Part shown: one piece after another, positions 18,414 through 28,519 of the stretch | Position numbering within the stretch: position 1 is the stretch's first letter | Layout of the letters: every line of letters begins with the position of its first letter | NCBI GenBank assembly: GCA_963676795.2 | Contig: CAXXTB010000001.1 | Coordinates: forward strand, 576,001-640,000 | Origin: Geopsychrobacteraceae bacterium | Lineage (GTDB): Bacteria; Desulfobacterota; Desulfuromonadia; Desulfuromonadales; Geopsychrobacteraceae | Length of the DNA stretch: 64,000 nucleotides | Reading direction: 5' to 3' | Translations under genes and position numbers: made by a program | The notes under the pieces: model-generated | The model's database searches: none | Seen by the model: the letters and a program-made list of their open reading frames with translations, nothing else | What the model was told of the DNA's origin: nothing

Positions 18414-19798
18414 TCAGCTTTTCTGGCGCTGCCCGGATTGTTGTTTTGAGCTGGAAGCTCTGCTCCTCTCGCGGCGCTGGCTTCTGTTGGCCGGGGCCTG
18501 TTTCTGCCCCTGGGCTGGTTCCTGACGCTTGTCGCTGCTCCGTTTGACAACCTGAAGCTCTTTCCCTTCGCCGGGGTTTCTCTGTCCGGTCTTTGTCTGT
18601 TGCCCTGCCTTCGGTTTCTTGCTTCTTTGCGGAGCCTTGCTCTCGGGCCGTCCAGAAGGAACGTTATGGGTCGGAATAAAACCGGCTTCAACTTCACGCG
18701 GCAGGGTTTTCTTGATCACCTTTTCGATCGCCGCCAGCAGTTTCGCGTCATCGGCGCAGACCAGTGAAATCGCTTCCCCCTCAAGGCCGGCACGCCCGGT
18801 GCGGCCGATCCGGTGGACGTAATCCTCGGGAACCTGAGGCAGGTTGTAATTGACAACCTGTGGCAGGCCGGTGATATCGATGCCTCTGGCGGCGATGTCG
18901 GTGGCGACCAGAATGCGGACTTTTCCCGCTTTGAAGTCGGCCAGAGCGCGATTGCGTACCCCTTGCGCTTTATCGCCATGGATAGCGACGGCAGACAGTT
19001 CCGCCTTTTTCAGCTGACGAACCAGCTGATCGGCTCCCCGTTTGGTCTTGTTAAAGACCAGAACCTGTTGCCATTGCAGACGCTCTGCCAGTTGGCAGAG
19101 CAGCGCCGCTTTTTTGCTCTTGTCGACCTCGAAGACCCGTTGCTTGACAGTATTGGCCGTTGCATTGCGCGGGCTGACCTCGATCTGCAGAGGCTGGTTG
19201 AGCAAACCCCTGGTAAAGTTCAGGATCGAATCGGAGAAGGTCGCCGAAAACAGCAGGTTCTGGCGCTTTACCGGCAGCAGAGCCAGGATTTTATTCAGGT
19301 CGTTTCTGAAGCCCATATCGAGCATGCGGTCAGCTTCATCGAGAACCAGGGCTTCCAGGTGATCGAATTTGACCGCATGCTGCCCGGCCAGGTCGAGCAG
19401 ACGTCCCGGGGTTGCCACCAGGATGTCGCTGCCGCCGCGCAGGCGCTGCATCTGGGATTGATCTTGACCCCGCCGTAGACCGCGTAGGTTCTCATCCTCA
19501 GATATTTTGCATAGCTACTGATGTTCTGCTCAACCTGAACCGCCAGCTCGCGAGTCGGCGTGAGGATCAGGGCACGAACCTGGTTCGCCTTGGCTTTGTC
19601 GCCACGGCTCAGGCGCTCGAGCAACGGCAGGCCGAAACCAGCTGTTTTACCGGTTCCGGTCTGGGCGGCGGCCATCAGATCCCGGCCGGAAAGGATGGCC
19701 GGAATGGCCTGGGTTTGAATTGGTGTCGGATTGGTATAGTTGCTGTCGTTGATGGCGCGCAGCAGTGGTTCGGAAAGACCGAGAGAATGAAATGACAT
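18414..19798 (-). pseudogene. rhlE: RhlE-like DEAD-box RNA helicase split by a 1-nt deletion (real lesion or sequencing error)
   Basis: ORF 19295-19798 carries the Q motif, AQTGTGKT and PTRELA. ORF 18414-19451 carries TPGR, DEAD, SAT and HRIGRTGR. The junction reads AAT CCC AGA TG where AAT CCC CAG ATG (NPQM) is expected, at 19454-19456. Confidence 0.88.
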
Positions 19799-20049
19799 AA
19801 GACCTTTTAAAAATGAGGTTATTTGGTATGTACAGCAGACTGAGATATTGAGGAGCGATCTGAGAATGGACTGTGGAAAACCGGTTTATTATACCCGGTT
19901 TTCAACTAAATACAAGAAATATCGTAAGAAAATGAAGATTTGTTCAGGTGGAACGGGAAATGCTTATTTTGAAGCTTGAATAACTCCTTGAATGGAAGGT
20001 TTGGTTCTTCCGCTGAGAGGACCATTTGAAATTTGAGATCTCAGATCAC

Positions 20050-20071
20050 CCGGAGGGCGGACGCCCTCCGG
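20050..20071. terminator. GC-rich hairpin downstream of the radical SAM gene
   Basis: ccggagggcg-ga-cgccctccgg; no clear U-tract. Confidence 0.45.
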
Positions 20072-20080
20072 AGTGGTTTA

Positions 20081-21487
20081 TCAGAAGTAAGCCTGCAGCC
20101 CCTTTGGCAACTGTTCATAACGTTCAATCTGCTGCCACTGTTCAAGTTCATTGGTCGCTGTGCGGTCATTGTCCTTGAGGATATGCACAAAGCGGCCGAT
20201 CTGCTCTTCCCGCAAGGTGATCTCAACCAGCTTGCGCCGTTCGATGACCATCTTGCGGTTGCTCGGCAGGCGCAGTTCGCGGAACGGGTAACGGTAGGAG
20301 ACCTGATCCAGAACCGGGGTTTCCGCGTAGCTGACGCTCAGTTCCAGGCCGCTGGTCGGCAACTGCTCAAGAATCTGAGCGGTGCAGAACAGCAGGTCCT
20401 GTTGCGGGCTGAGTTCCCACCCCTGATTATCGTCCAGGGGCAGCCCTGATACCAGTTGGGCCAGGTCGCTGCCGCCGGAACGGACGACAAGGGTGCGCAG
20501 GTAACCGGCTTCGGTCAGCTCCTCGTAATGCTTTCCACTTAAGGCAGAGCCCCGGCCCCGTGCGGCAGCGCGCTGGTAGCGGTTCTTGTAGACGAATGAG
20601 CAGTAGTTGATCCCCAGTTCGAGGTTCTGTTCCAGGCCATGACGGATCAGCTGTAGCGCGGTCAGCTCTGATTCGAGCACCGTGATCCGTTCGCCATGCA
20701 CGTAGGTGTAGTCGCGCTGTTTCAGCTTTGGAAAGTTGTAGGCGGTCAGGCGCAGCTGATGCAGATTGAGGAAGTTGATCCCCAGATCGTTCATCTCGAT
20801 CAGTCGCTCCTGCATCAGTTCCAGCTTTTCCGGCACCGCCGGGATCTCAACGGTGACATTGGGGATGATGCCGACGGCCAGGGCGGCCTTGGCTGTCGAA
20901 TAGTTGATCGCACCGATGTCGAAGCGGATTTCATCCAGCCCGGCATCGCGCAGCTGTTTGAGGATATCGCTGGTGACCAGCGAGCCGTTAGTATAGAGCC
21001 AAGTGTGGAGCTTGTCGCCCAGCTGCTGTTTGGCCGTTTTCAAAAAGCCGAGGCAGCGCCCCGGTGTCAGCAGCGGCTCGCCGCCGGAGAGGCTCATGCC
21101 GCCAAAACCGAAGGTCTCCAGGTAGGCCGCGTAGTCCGACGGCAGGCGGAAGGTCAGATTGTTCGTTGTCGGCAGACCGATTTCGTCCTGCGAGGTCGGG
21201 CAGTAGAAGCAGTCGCAGTTGCACTTGCCGTTGATGAACAGGCATGACCACTTCCCCTCACTGCACAGCTTGCAGCCGGGCGACAGCTTGTTCGAATAGA
21301 GCTTGCTGCCATTGCAGATGGCTGAAACCTTTCCCTCCAGGTCGGCCAGAATTGCGGCGCGATAAGCTTCGGAGGCCGGAATGTCTTCGGCACCAAGAAA
21401 GTGCAACTCCGGATAGATTTCGGCGTAGTCCTGCCGGTTTGCGGCAATATATTTCTCTTGTGCAGAGGGGTTTAAAACATCGGCCAT
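20081..21487 (-). CDS. Radical SAM protein of unknown function
   Basis: CNCDCFYC, upstream SPGCKLC, SGGEPL, WLYTNG, GLDEIRF; GGAGG RBS. Confidence 0.88.
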   Translation of the reverse strand: MADVLNPSAQEKYIAANRQDYAEIYPELHFLGAEDIPASEAYRAAILADLEGKVSAICNGSKLYSNKLSPGCKLCSEGKWSCLFINGKCNCDCFYCPTSQDEIGLPTTNNLTFRLPSDYAAYLETFGFGGMSLSGGEPLLTPGRCLGFLKTAKQQLGDKLHTWLYTNGSLVTSDILKQLRDAGLDEIRFDIGAINYSTAKAALAVGIIPNVTVEIPAVPEKLELMQERLIEMNDLGINFLNLHQLRLTAYNFPKLKQRDYTYVHGERITVLESELTALQLIRHGLEQNLELGINYCSFVYKNRYQRAAARGRGSALSGKHYEELTEAGYLRTLVVRSGGSDLAQLVSGLPLDDNQGWELSPQQDLLFCTAQILEQLPTSGLELSVSYAETPVLDQVSYRYPFRELRLPSNRKMVIERRKLVEITLREEQIGRFVHILKDNDRTATNELEQWQQIERYEQLPKGLQAYF

Positions 21488-21634
21488 GAAGACCTCCCGT
21501 ATAACCCTGATCGGGCGTGATAGAAAAGCTGCGAAGTTATACGGCAGAACACAGTTTTAAGGCAATTTTAAAAGAGCATCTAGAGTATTTTCACCGAGTA
21601 TTTTTTACTGCTAAGAGAGAAAGAAGATTCGGGG

Positions 21635-22600
21635 TCAGATGTTCAGTTTGCGCATTTTTGATCTGAGTGTACTCGGGTTGAGCCCCAGGCGTTTTGCCGC
21701 GCCAAAAGGACCATCTATGCGACTATGACATTCCAGGACAATTCGCTGAATGTGATTGCGGATGACTGTTTCAAGAGTTTCGTCTGCTCCGCTTGCTGAG
21801 TCATTTGGCTCTTGAACTACGCTTATCCCGGACTCTTGAGTGACAGGGCCGAGGGCTGTGGCGATCTGTAGACTTCCTGTGACTTCTCCCAGAAGAATCG
21901 CACGGTTTATGACGGATGACAGCTCTCTTATATTTCCGGGCCACCTGTAGCTTTGCAGCAGCTTTATATCATTTGCCGTGAATCTGAACGGTTTTATCCC
22001 ATAGCGGTTGAATGCCCGATCGGCAAAGTATTCTGCCAGGGCAGGGATGTCCTCCAGCCTTTCACGCAAAGGGGGGATGACAATCGGGAAAACTGACAGG
22101 CGATAATAGAGATCTTCTCTGAACAGTTTGTTTTCGATCAGTTGGGGGAGAGAGCGATGGGTTGCGGCAATGATACGGACATCGGTTCTGGTTTCTTTCT
22201 CGCCACCGACCCGGCAGAAGCTGCCATCCTGCAGAACACGTAACAGACGGACCTGGGCGGCGGCATTCAGTTCACCAATCTCATCGAGAAAAAGGGTTCC
22301 CTTGTCAGCCTGTTCAAACCAGCCGCGGTGCAAGCCGGATGTTCCGGTAAAAGAGCCCTTCTCATGGCCGAACAGTTCCGAGTCGATCAGCTCCGGAGCT
22401 ATGGCGCCACAATTCACACGTCTGAAAACTTGGTCTTTCCTCGCAGAGCGTTCGTGAATTGTCTGGGCCACGACCTCTTTGCCACTCCCCGACTCTCCGT
22501 GGATCAGTATCGGGATGTTCTTGGGGGCAACCAGATTGACCCGTTCCATAACTTTGGCAAGACCTGAATCATGACCTATGATCTGTGTGTGTCTTTCCAT
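21635..22600 (-). CDS. Sigma54-dependent activator (AAA+ plus Fis HTH) lacking an N-terminal sensor domain
   Basis: GESGSGKE, GSFTGT (GAFTGA variant), LFLDEIGE, FREDLYYRL, WPGNIREL, C-terminal HTH; AAA+ starts at residue ~7. Confidence 0.9.
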   Translation of the reverse strand: MERHTQIIGHDSGLAKVMERVNLVAPKNIPILIHGESGSGKEVVAQTIHERSARKDQVFRRVNCGAIAPELIDSELFGHEKGSFTGTSGLHRGWFEQADKGTLFLDEIGELNAAAQVRLLRVLQDGSFCRVGGEKETRTDVRIIAATHRSLPQLIENKLFREDLYYRLSVFPIVIPPLRERLEDIPALAEYFADRAFNRYGIKPFRFTANDIKLLQSYRWPGNIRELSSVINRAILLGEVTGSLQIATALGPVTQESGISVVQEPNDSASGADETLETVIRNHIQRIVLECHSRIDGPFGAAKRLGLNPSTLRSKMRKLNI

Positions 22601-22711
22601 ATCGCATAAACCCCGTTCTATTTAACACAAAAAACATTTTATTTAACTTTGACGCAGCCGAAGTCAATAGTCAATCTGTAAAAAGAGCGTCAGAACAAGC
22701 CGTTGTAAAGG

Positions 22712-22727
22712 TGGTACAGATTTCGCT
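22712..22727 (+). promoter_or_regulatory. Sigma54 (-24/-12) promoter for the TauE gene
   Basis: TGGTACAGATTTCGCT = GG-N10-GC, 38 bp upstream of the ATG, divergent from a sigma54 activator. Confidence 0.65.
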
Positions 22728-22764
22728 AGAAGAGACTCATTGATAAAAAAAAGGAGAATCTTTC

Positions 22765-23829
22765 ATGTCGCAGAACAGAATGGAGCTTGGCGCAGATCAG
22801 AATGCAGAAGTGTCTATCCTTGGTTGGGAAACCTCGGTCAGCAGAGACCGCCTCAGAATAAGCGAGCGGATCGCCCTCAATCGTTCGGAAATCAAGGCGT
22901 CCCTGATCGGCCTTGGAGTCCTGCTGGTCATCTTCCTGATCAGTTGCTGGTTGGCCGGTAATCCTTTTGCCGGCACTCAGCGGATTGCTTCGCCTGCATT
23001 GTCCGGGAGCGATTGGCTCGGAACCAATCAATGGGGTATTTTGTGGACCGTTGTCGGACTGGCGATCATCTTTGAATTTCTCGATTCTGCTGCGGGGATG
23101 GGCTACGGTACGGCCTTTACCCCGATTCTGCTGCTGATGGGGTTCGAGCCGCTACAGATCATCCCTGTGATCATGATTCAGCAGGCCTGTGCCGGCTTGA
23201 CAGGAGCCTACATGCACAAGGAATACGGCAATGTCGAATGGCGCTTCAGGCCGGCTTCCGAGTCGGTCAAACTGATTCTGATCATCGCCGGAAGTGGTAT
23301 TCTGGCAGTCAGTTTTTCCATTTCATCAATCTACGGAATTTTCAAGGTGGGGGAAATCTGGATTAAACTCTATGTCGTCCTTCTGTTGCTGGTCATGGGC
23401 GTGACAGCACTGTTTGGCAGCAGAAAGTCCTACAGTTATCGTCCCGGACGGATGTATTTTTTTGGCGCACTTGCCGCCTTCAACAAAGGGATCGGTGGCG
23501 GAGGCTATGGTCCGGTCGTAACAATCGGCGGTCTGCTCTCCGGTATCCCGGCCAAGGCGATGATGGCGGTTACTGCATTTTCCGAAGGGATTGTCTGTGT
23601 CGTCTCGATCCTTGTCTGGATTTTCTGGCTCAATCGTGGCCTGGCCATAGACTTTATCCTGCTGCCATCGATGATATTGGGAAGTATCCTGGCCGTTATT
23701 GCCGCGCCCTATATGACGCGGGTTCTGCCGGAAAAAACCTGGCGAGCCGTAGTGCCTGTTTATTGCTGCTTCATTGCGGTACTTTGTTTCTGGAAATTGC
23801 TGCCGAAATTGTCGACACTGCTATTCTAG
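22765..23829 (+). CDS. TauE/SafE sulfite-exporter family membrane protein with N-terminal extension
   Basis: DSAAGMGYGT and NKGIGGGGYGP duplicated motifs; many TMs; AAGGAG RBS. Confidence 0.85.
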   Translation: MSQNRMELGADQNAEVSILGWETSVSRDRLRISERIALNRSEIKASLIGLGVLLVIFLISCWLAGNPFAGTQRIASPALSGSDWLGTNQWGILWTVVGLAIIFEFLDSAAGMGYGTAFTPILLLMGFEPLQIIPVIMIQQACAGLTGAYMHKEYGNVEWRFRPASESVKLILIIAGSGILAVSFSISSIYGIFKVGEIWIKLYVVLLLLVMGVTALFGSRKSYSYRPGRMYFFGALAAFNKGIGGGGYGPVVTIGGLLSGIPAKAMMAVTAFSEGIVCVVSILVWIFWLNRGLAIDFILLPSMILGSILAVIAAPYMTRVLPEKTWRAVVPVYCCFIAVLCFWKLLPKLSTLLF

Positions 23830-23846
23830 CGGAGATCTCTGAGAAA

Positions 23847-23889
23847 AAGCACAGGCCACCTCAATCAGGAAGAGAGGTGGCCCGTGCTT
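23847..23889. terminator. Hairpin between convergent TauE and MOSC genes
   Basis: aagcacaggccacctc...gaggtggcccgtgctt. Confidence 0.6.
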
Positions 23890-23908
23890 ATGTTTGTTTT
23901 TCCGGCTT

Positions 23909-24343
23909 TCAGTTCAGGCGCTGAATCTGATCGCCCGGTTTGATCACGCCACCTTCAAGAACCTTAGCGAAGATTCCTTCTTTGGGCATGACACAGTCGC
24001 CGGCCTGGTAGTAGATGGCGCAGCGGTTGTGACATTCCTTGCCGATCTGGGTGATCTCGAGCAGGGTGTCACCGATTTTGAGCTGGGCACCGATCGGCAG
24101 GGCCGGGAGGTCGATCCCTTCGGTGGTCAGGTTCTCGGCGAAATCGCCGTTGTCGACATCGAGACCCATGGCCTGCATCTTGGCGATACTTTCCTTGGCC
24201 AGCAGGCTGACCTGACGGTGCCAGTCTCCGGCATGGGCATCGCCGACGATGCCGTGGTTGATCTGCAGTTCGACACTGTCGACCGGGGTCTTGCGTTCAC
24301 CTTTGTTCTTGCTGATACAGACTGCGACTAACTGTTGAGCCAT
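23909..24343 (-). CDS. MOSC domain protein
   Basis: GDAHAGDWHRQVSLL, GDFAENLTT, TQIGKECH..C, CVMPKEGIF; ATG 24343 with GGAGG RBS. Confidence 0.92.
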   Translation of the reverse strand: MAQQLVAVCISKNKGERKTPVDSVELQINHGIVGDAHAGDWHRQVSLLAKESIAKMQAMGLDVDNGDFAENLTTEGIDLPALPIGAQLKIGDTLLEITQIGKECHNRCAIYYQAGDCVMPKEGIFAKVLEGGVIKPGDQIQRLN

Positions 24344-24489
24344 GACTTCACTATCCTCCAATGTCCGGTTTGGGGAAAACAACCGGTGTTCATTGCGCAC
24401 CATCAAAATCATGATTTTGCGTGGCGATAACTGTTGATAAAAACGCTAGAAGAATAAGCTGGAACTATTCTTTAGCAGAATTATCAATT

Positions 24490-25695
24490 TTAGCCAAGAG
24501 GTAAGCGCAACATAATCACTTCAGCGTAGTCTCCCGCGACAAGATCGGGGCTGCCGATGGCAACCGGCAGCAGTGCCTGCGAGCCGTGAATGCTGCGGTT
24601 CTGCCCCGAACCCTGACGCGTCGACGGCAGGAAGCAGATCTCCCCCTCTTCGACCTGCAGCTGTCCCCACATGAACAGCTGACGTTTGACCCCGCCCTTG
24701 ACCCTGTCGAGCAGTCTGACCCTGACGCGTGGAGCCAGTGCCTGTTTGCTGCCGCCGAGCAGGCGCAGGGCCGGCAGGCCGAACAGTTCAAAGGTCGCCG
24801 CCGAGGCTGCCGGGTTGCCGGGCAGGCCGAAGATCAGTTTTTCGCCGACCTTGCCGAACAGGACCGGTTTGCCTGGCTTGATGGCGACCTTCCAGAAGAT
24901 CTTCTCGAAACCGAGCTTCTCCCAGGTGGCCTGGACATGATCGTGATCACCGATCGAGACACCGCCGCTGGTGAGGATGACATCCGCTTCTTCCAGCCCT
25001 TTCTTGAGCAGGGCTTCCAGTTCGCCGGGACGATCCTTGGCGATACCGAGCAGGATCGGCTGGTAACCTGCTTCCTTGAGGCGTGCCGCGAGCAGGTAGG
25101 AGTTGGAGTTGACGATCCTGCCGTTGTCCGGTTCTTCACCAAGGTTGACCAGTTCATCACCGGTGGCGAGGATAGCGACTTTGGGAGCCGGGTGGACCAG
25201 CACCTGTTCGATCCCGGCCGAGGCGAGCATGCCGATGGTACCGGACTGCAGGGTACAACCGGCATCCAGAATCCGGTCACCGCTTTTCATCTCTTCCCCC
25301 TGGTAGCGGAGGTTATCGCCGGGCTTAGGTGTTTCCTTCAGGGTGATGGTCTTGCCGTCAATAGTGATGTCTTCAAGAGGAACGATGGTATCGCAACCCG
25401 GCGGCACCGGAGCGCCGGTCATGATGCGTACCGCTTCACCCGCAGCGACCGGGGCCAGGCGGTTGACGCCGGCCGGAACGAAATCGACATCGGTCAGGGT
25501 CAGATCCTCAGTGAGGCCTGCAAGGGCAAATGCGTAGCCGTCCATCGCCGAGTTGTCCTTGGGCGGCAGGTCGAAACGCGCAATGATGTCTTCAGCCAGA
25601 ACCCGGCCAACAGCCTCGTCAAGCGAAACTCGTACCGGGGCAAGAGGCTTGACATTGCCGATCACCAGGGCGATTGCTTCATCGTAACTGATCAT
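24490..25695 (-). CDS. moeA: Molybdopterin molybdotransferase
   Basis: SAMDGYA, IMTGAPVP, TGDEL, SGGVSIGD.D, IKPGKP, GLPGNP. Confidence 0.95.
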   Translation of the reverse strand: MISYDEAIALVIGNVKPLAPVRVSLDEAVGRVLAEDIIARFDLPPKDNSAMDGYAFALAGLTEDLTLTDVDFVPAGVNRLAPVAAGEAVRIMTGAPVPPGCDTIVPLEDITIDGKTITLKETPKPGDNLRYQGEEMKSGDRILDAGCTLQSGTIGMLASAGIEQVLVHPAPKVAILATGDELVNLGEEPDNGRIVNSNSYLLAARLKEAGYQPILLGIAKDRPGELEALLKKGLEEADVILTSGGVSIGDHDHVQATWEKLGFEKIFWKVAIKPGKPVLFGKVGEKLIFGLPGNPAASAATFELFGLPALRLLGGSKQALAPRVRVRLLDRVKGGVKRQLFMWGQLQVEEGEICFLPSTRQGSGQNRSIHGSQALLPVAIGSPDLVAGDYAEVIMLRLPLG

Positions 25696-25739
25696 AGGTT
25701 TTCCGTTCTATGGATGGTTGTCCTGCAGAATCTGTTGCT

Positions 25740-26342
25740 TCAGCGCTTTTCGGCGAGAACTTTCTCCAGATCCTCAGGAGTATTCACATTGGACAGGGCC
25801 AGTTGCCAGCCTTCCGGAAATTCTGCAGTATCGATCAGTCTGCAGTCAATCCTGGCAAACAAACTTTGAATGCGGAAATTCTCTGCTATCAGCATCTCTT
25901 CGATGATCGGCAGGCAGGATTTGTTGTAGAGGCCGAAAACAGCGTCGACGCGGCCGTCCGTGGTTGGCAGCACAGCCGAAACGTCACTGCGTAGCGGCAG
26001 GAGCTGTTCAAAGATAAGCCGGTCCGGAAAGGGCATATCGCAGGGAGCGATGAAAATCCAGTCGGTTTCAGCTGCTTTGAGGGCAGTATGGACGCCGGCC
26101 AGCGAACTGCCGGGGTAGATGTCCGGATAGGATTTGATGCCGGGAAGCTCCAGGTCGGGGCGCTCACCGGAGATCAACACCTGATCAAAGAGTTCCCGCA
26201 TCAGGTCGATAACCCGTAGGTAAAGGGGGCGTCCGGCGATTTCGAGCATAGCCTTATCCTGCCCCATGCGCTTGCTGCGCCCACCGGCGAGCAGGACTCC
26301 GGTTACATCAGGGTAGATTGATTTTTTCAGATCTGTATTCAT
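25740..26342 (-). CDS. mobA: Molybdenum cofactor guanylyltransferase
   Basis: LAGGRSKRMGQDK, PCDMP, NVNTPED. Confidence 0.93.
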   Translation of the reverse strand: MNTDLKKSIYPDVTGVLLAGGRSKRMGQDKAMLEIAGRPLYLRVIDLMRELFDQVLISGERPDLELPGIKSYPDIYPGSSLAGVHTALKAAETDWIFIAPCDMPFPDRLIFEQLLPLRSDVSAVLPTTDGRVDAVFGLYNKSCLPIIEEMLIAENFRIQSLFARIDCRLIDTAEFPEGWQLALSNVNTPEDLEKVLAEKR

Positions 26343-26435
26343 GGGGAACAATGATAACGGATTTCAATTTTTTTTCAGCAAAAAAGTCGACTGCGCAGCT
26401 GGGGATTGCTTCCGGAAGCGTGTGATCTTCCAATT

Positions 26436-27374
26436 TCAGGGCTGTGGCTGCTTTTTCTCAGTGGCTACGGATATCCCCCAGCTTCTGAAATAATCGACAA
26501 ATTCCAGCTGAACCAGTTGTTCATGGCGATAGATGAAGAGGAAAAACTTGAAGGAAGCCATCTTCAGGTAGGAATACCAGGGGACCGAGACACAGATGAC
26601 CAGGATGCGCATCGCTTCATTGTCAAGAAAAAGGATTGCCGCAGCCGGGACGATGACGACAAATATGGTTTCCAGTACACTTCTGGCCAGGAAAAACAGC
26701 CAGGATCCGCCAAGGATATGCGGAACAGTGAAGAGCTTGATGTAAAGCCCGAACTTTTCGGCGAAGCTGCCGTTATGCAGGACCGCCAGCTTGGACGAAT
26801 AGGAGAGGCCGGCCATGACCAGCGGCAGGGCGAGGGCGATGCAGATCAGCACCAGCCAGGCCGGAACGGCCGAACCGGTCTTCGACCACCAGAGCAGGCC
26901 GATCAGGAACCAGATACCGCTCCAGATCAGGAAGGTCAGGATGAGAATAGCCAGGGCACAGAAATCCCAGAAAAACTGGGACCCTTTAAGCCCGGCCAGA
27001 GAGGTGAGCATTCCGGCATTGCGGTTGTCGTTGTGCCAGCGACGCAGACTGCTCGACGGCCAGAGCGAGATGATCTGCTTGAACAGAAAGAGCCCCACAA
27101 GAACCGCAACCGTATAGGGGCTGAACAGCCATTGGGCGAGGTGCGCAGGCAGGCCTCTGAACAGGAATTCCGGCAGAACCCTGATGATTTCGGCCGGCGC
27201 CAGCGCCGTCTGCATTTTCTCGGCACTGAAAAAATGATGGAGAACCTTGTCGGCGATGAGGATGATGAAAATCAGCGCAATAAAGGAACGGTGCTTCAGC
27301 AGTTCCTTGGCGGAGCCGAGGGTCAGAACCTTAAGCAGTATTTTTTTGTCAGAAGGCTGGGCAGTTTGGGTCAT
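26436..27374 (-). CDS. Hypothetical integral membrane protein
   Basis: 312-aa ORF with ~6-7 hydrophobic segments; 4-bp overlap with the upstream PAP2 gene. Confidence 0.75.
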   Translation of the reverse strand: MTQTAQPSDKKILLKVLTLGSAKELLKHRSFIALIFIILIADKVLHHFFSAEKMQTALAPAEIIRVLPEFLFRGLPAHLAQWLFSPYTVAVLVGLFLFKQIISLWPSSSLRRWHNDNRNAGMLTSLAGLKGSQFFWDFCALAILILTFLIWSGIWFLIGLLWWSKTGSAVPAWLVLICIALALPLVMAGLSYSSKLAVLHNGSFAEKFGLYIKLFTVPHILGGSWLFFLARSVLETIFVVIVPAAAILFLDNEAMRILVICVSVPWYSYLKMASFKFFLFIYRHEQLVQLEFVDYFRSWGISVATEKKQPQP

Positions 27375-28519
27375 TGAGTATCCTGGGGATTGATAGGTTC
27401 ACCGTTGAAGAGAACCTCTATGCGTTCTTTACTACCGGAAGGGAGAGTTATCCTCAAACTGTGATCCAGTTCGGCAAAGTAACTTTTCGCCTCAATATTG
27501 AGCTGAAGATCAAGTTCAGAACCGTTCTGCTGCTGAGATAGTTTCTCCTCATAATCGGTATTCATCCAGCCGAAGCCGTGGGCATCGACACGCAGGGTCG
27601 AAAACGGGACGTCGGCATAGAACAGTTCAATTCGTTCAGGGTCGATAGCCGTTTGGATGTTGATAGTCTCTATGGATTTGATCTGCAGCCAGTAGCTATT
27701 GGTCGAGAAGAACGGCCTGCGCGTCATAAAGGCGGTAGCCATGATGGCAATAGCCACGATCACCGCCGAGGTGATCAACAGTTTCTGGCGTTTTCCGGCT
27801 GGCCGGACTGCGGCCTGTTGCGAGACGTCCGGCAGGTAGAAGGTCAGTCCGGTGGCGACGATGGCGATAAGTCCGAAGGCCCAGATCGTATCGCTGAAAT
27901 AATGAGCGCCCTGGACAATCCTTGCCGCAGATAGGGCTCCGCCAAGCACGATCCCGCTGGTCACGCCAGCGATGGCGATCGATTTTTTCCGGCTGTAGAA
28001 GGCTCCGGCGGCGACCAGAACAAAGCCCATGGTTGCGTGTCCGCAGGGAAAGGATGCACCCTGACCAGCAAGGCCGGGGTTGAAAATCGTCCGGTACTCC
28101 CAGTGTCCACCGTACTCGATTGTCTGGCTTGGCCGCGGGCGGCCCCAGTATTGTTTGAGGACCGAGTTGACCAGGATGCCGGCTCCGAGTACCGCGGTCA
28201 GTACCATGACCAGACAGGGTTTGCGCCAGGTTTGCAGACTGCTTTTATAGAAACTGAGCAGCCAGATGCACAGCGCGCCGATGCTGACAATGATCCCCGG
28301 GATTGTTCCGTAATTGTAAAGAGCATCCCATAAGGGTCTGTCCTCGAGGAACCAGCCTTGTTTCCGGGTGTAGAACATGCTGGAAATGCTGCGATCAAGA
28401 TCCAGAGCGTTGATTACTATGGTTATGATCACCAGAACGATGAGCATCATCAGCAGGACCAGCCAGCGATATCTGTTTCTGCAGGAGGCTGAACCGCCTA
28501 GCGGTGGAACTTTTGTCAT
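27371..28519 (-). CDS. PAP2-family membrane phosphatase with C-terminal soluble extension
   Basis: K...GRPRP, SFPCGH, ARIVQGAHYFSD. Confidence 0.88.
   Translation of the reverse strand: MTKVPPLGGSASCRNRYRWLVLLMMLIVLVIITIVINALDLDRSISSMFYTRKQGWFLEDRPLWDALYNYGTIPGIIVSIGALCIWLLSFYKSSLQTWRKPCLVMVLTAVLGAGILVNSVLKQYWGRPRPSQTIEYGGHWEYRTIFNPGLAGQGASFPCGHATMGFVLVAAGAFYSRKKSIAIAGVTSGIVLGGALSAARIVQGAHYFSDTIWAFGLIAIVATGLTFYLPDVSQQAAVRPAGKRQKLLITSAVIVAIAIMATAFMTRRPFFSTNSYWLQIKSIETINIQTAIDPERIELFYADVPFSTLRVDAHGFGWMNTDYEEKLSQQQNGSELDLQLNIEAKSYFAELDHSLRITLPSGSKERIEVLFNGEPINPQDTQ

Noticed and set aside
17825..18697. 290-aa minus-strand ORF
   Set aside because: Alternative frame spanning the helicase tail, a REP-like element and the antisense of the methyltransferase.
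24344..24489. Possible Moco riboswitch or ModE box before the MOSC gene
   Set aside because: No recognisable conserved stems or motif by eye; an Rfam scan would be needed.
26406..27377. 323-aa plus-strand ORF
   Set aside because: Antisense of the membrane protein that is translationally coupled to the PAP2 gene.
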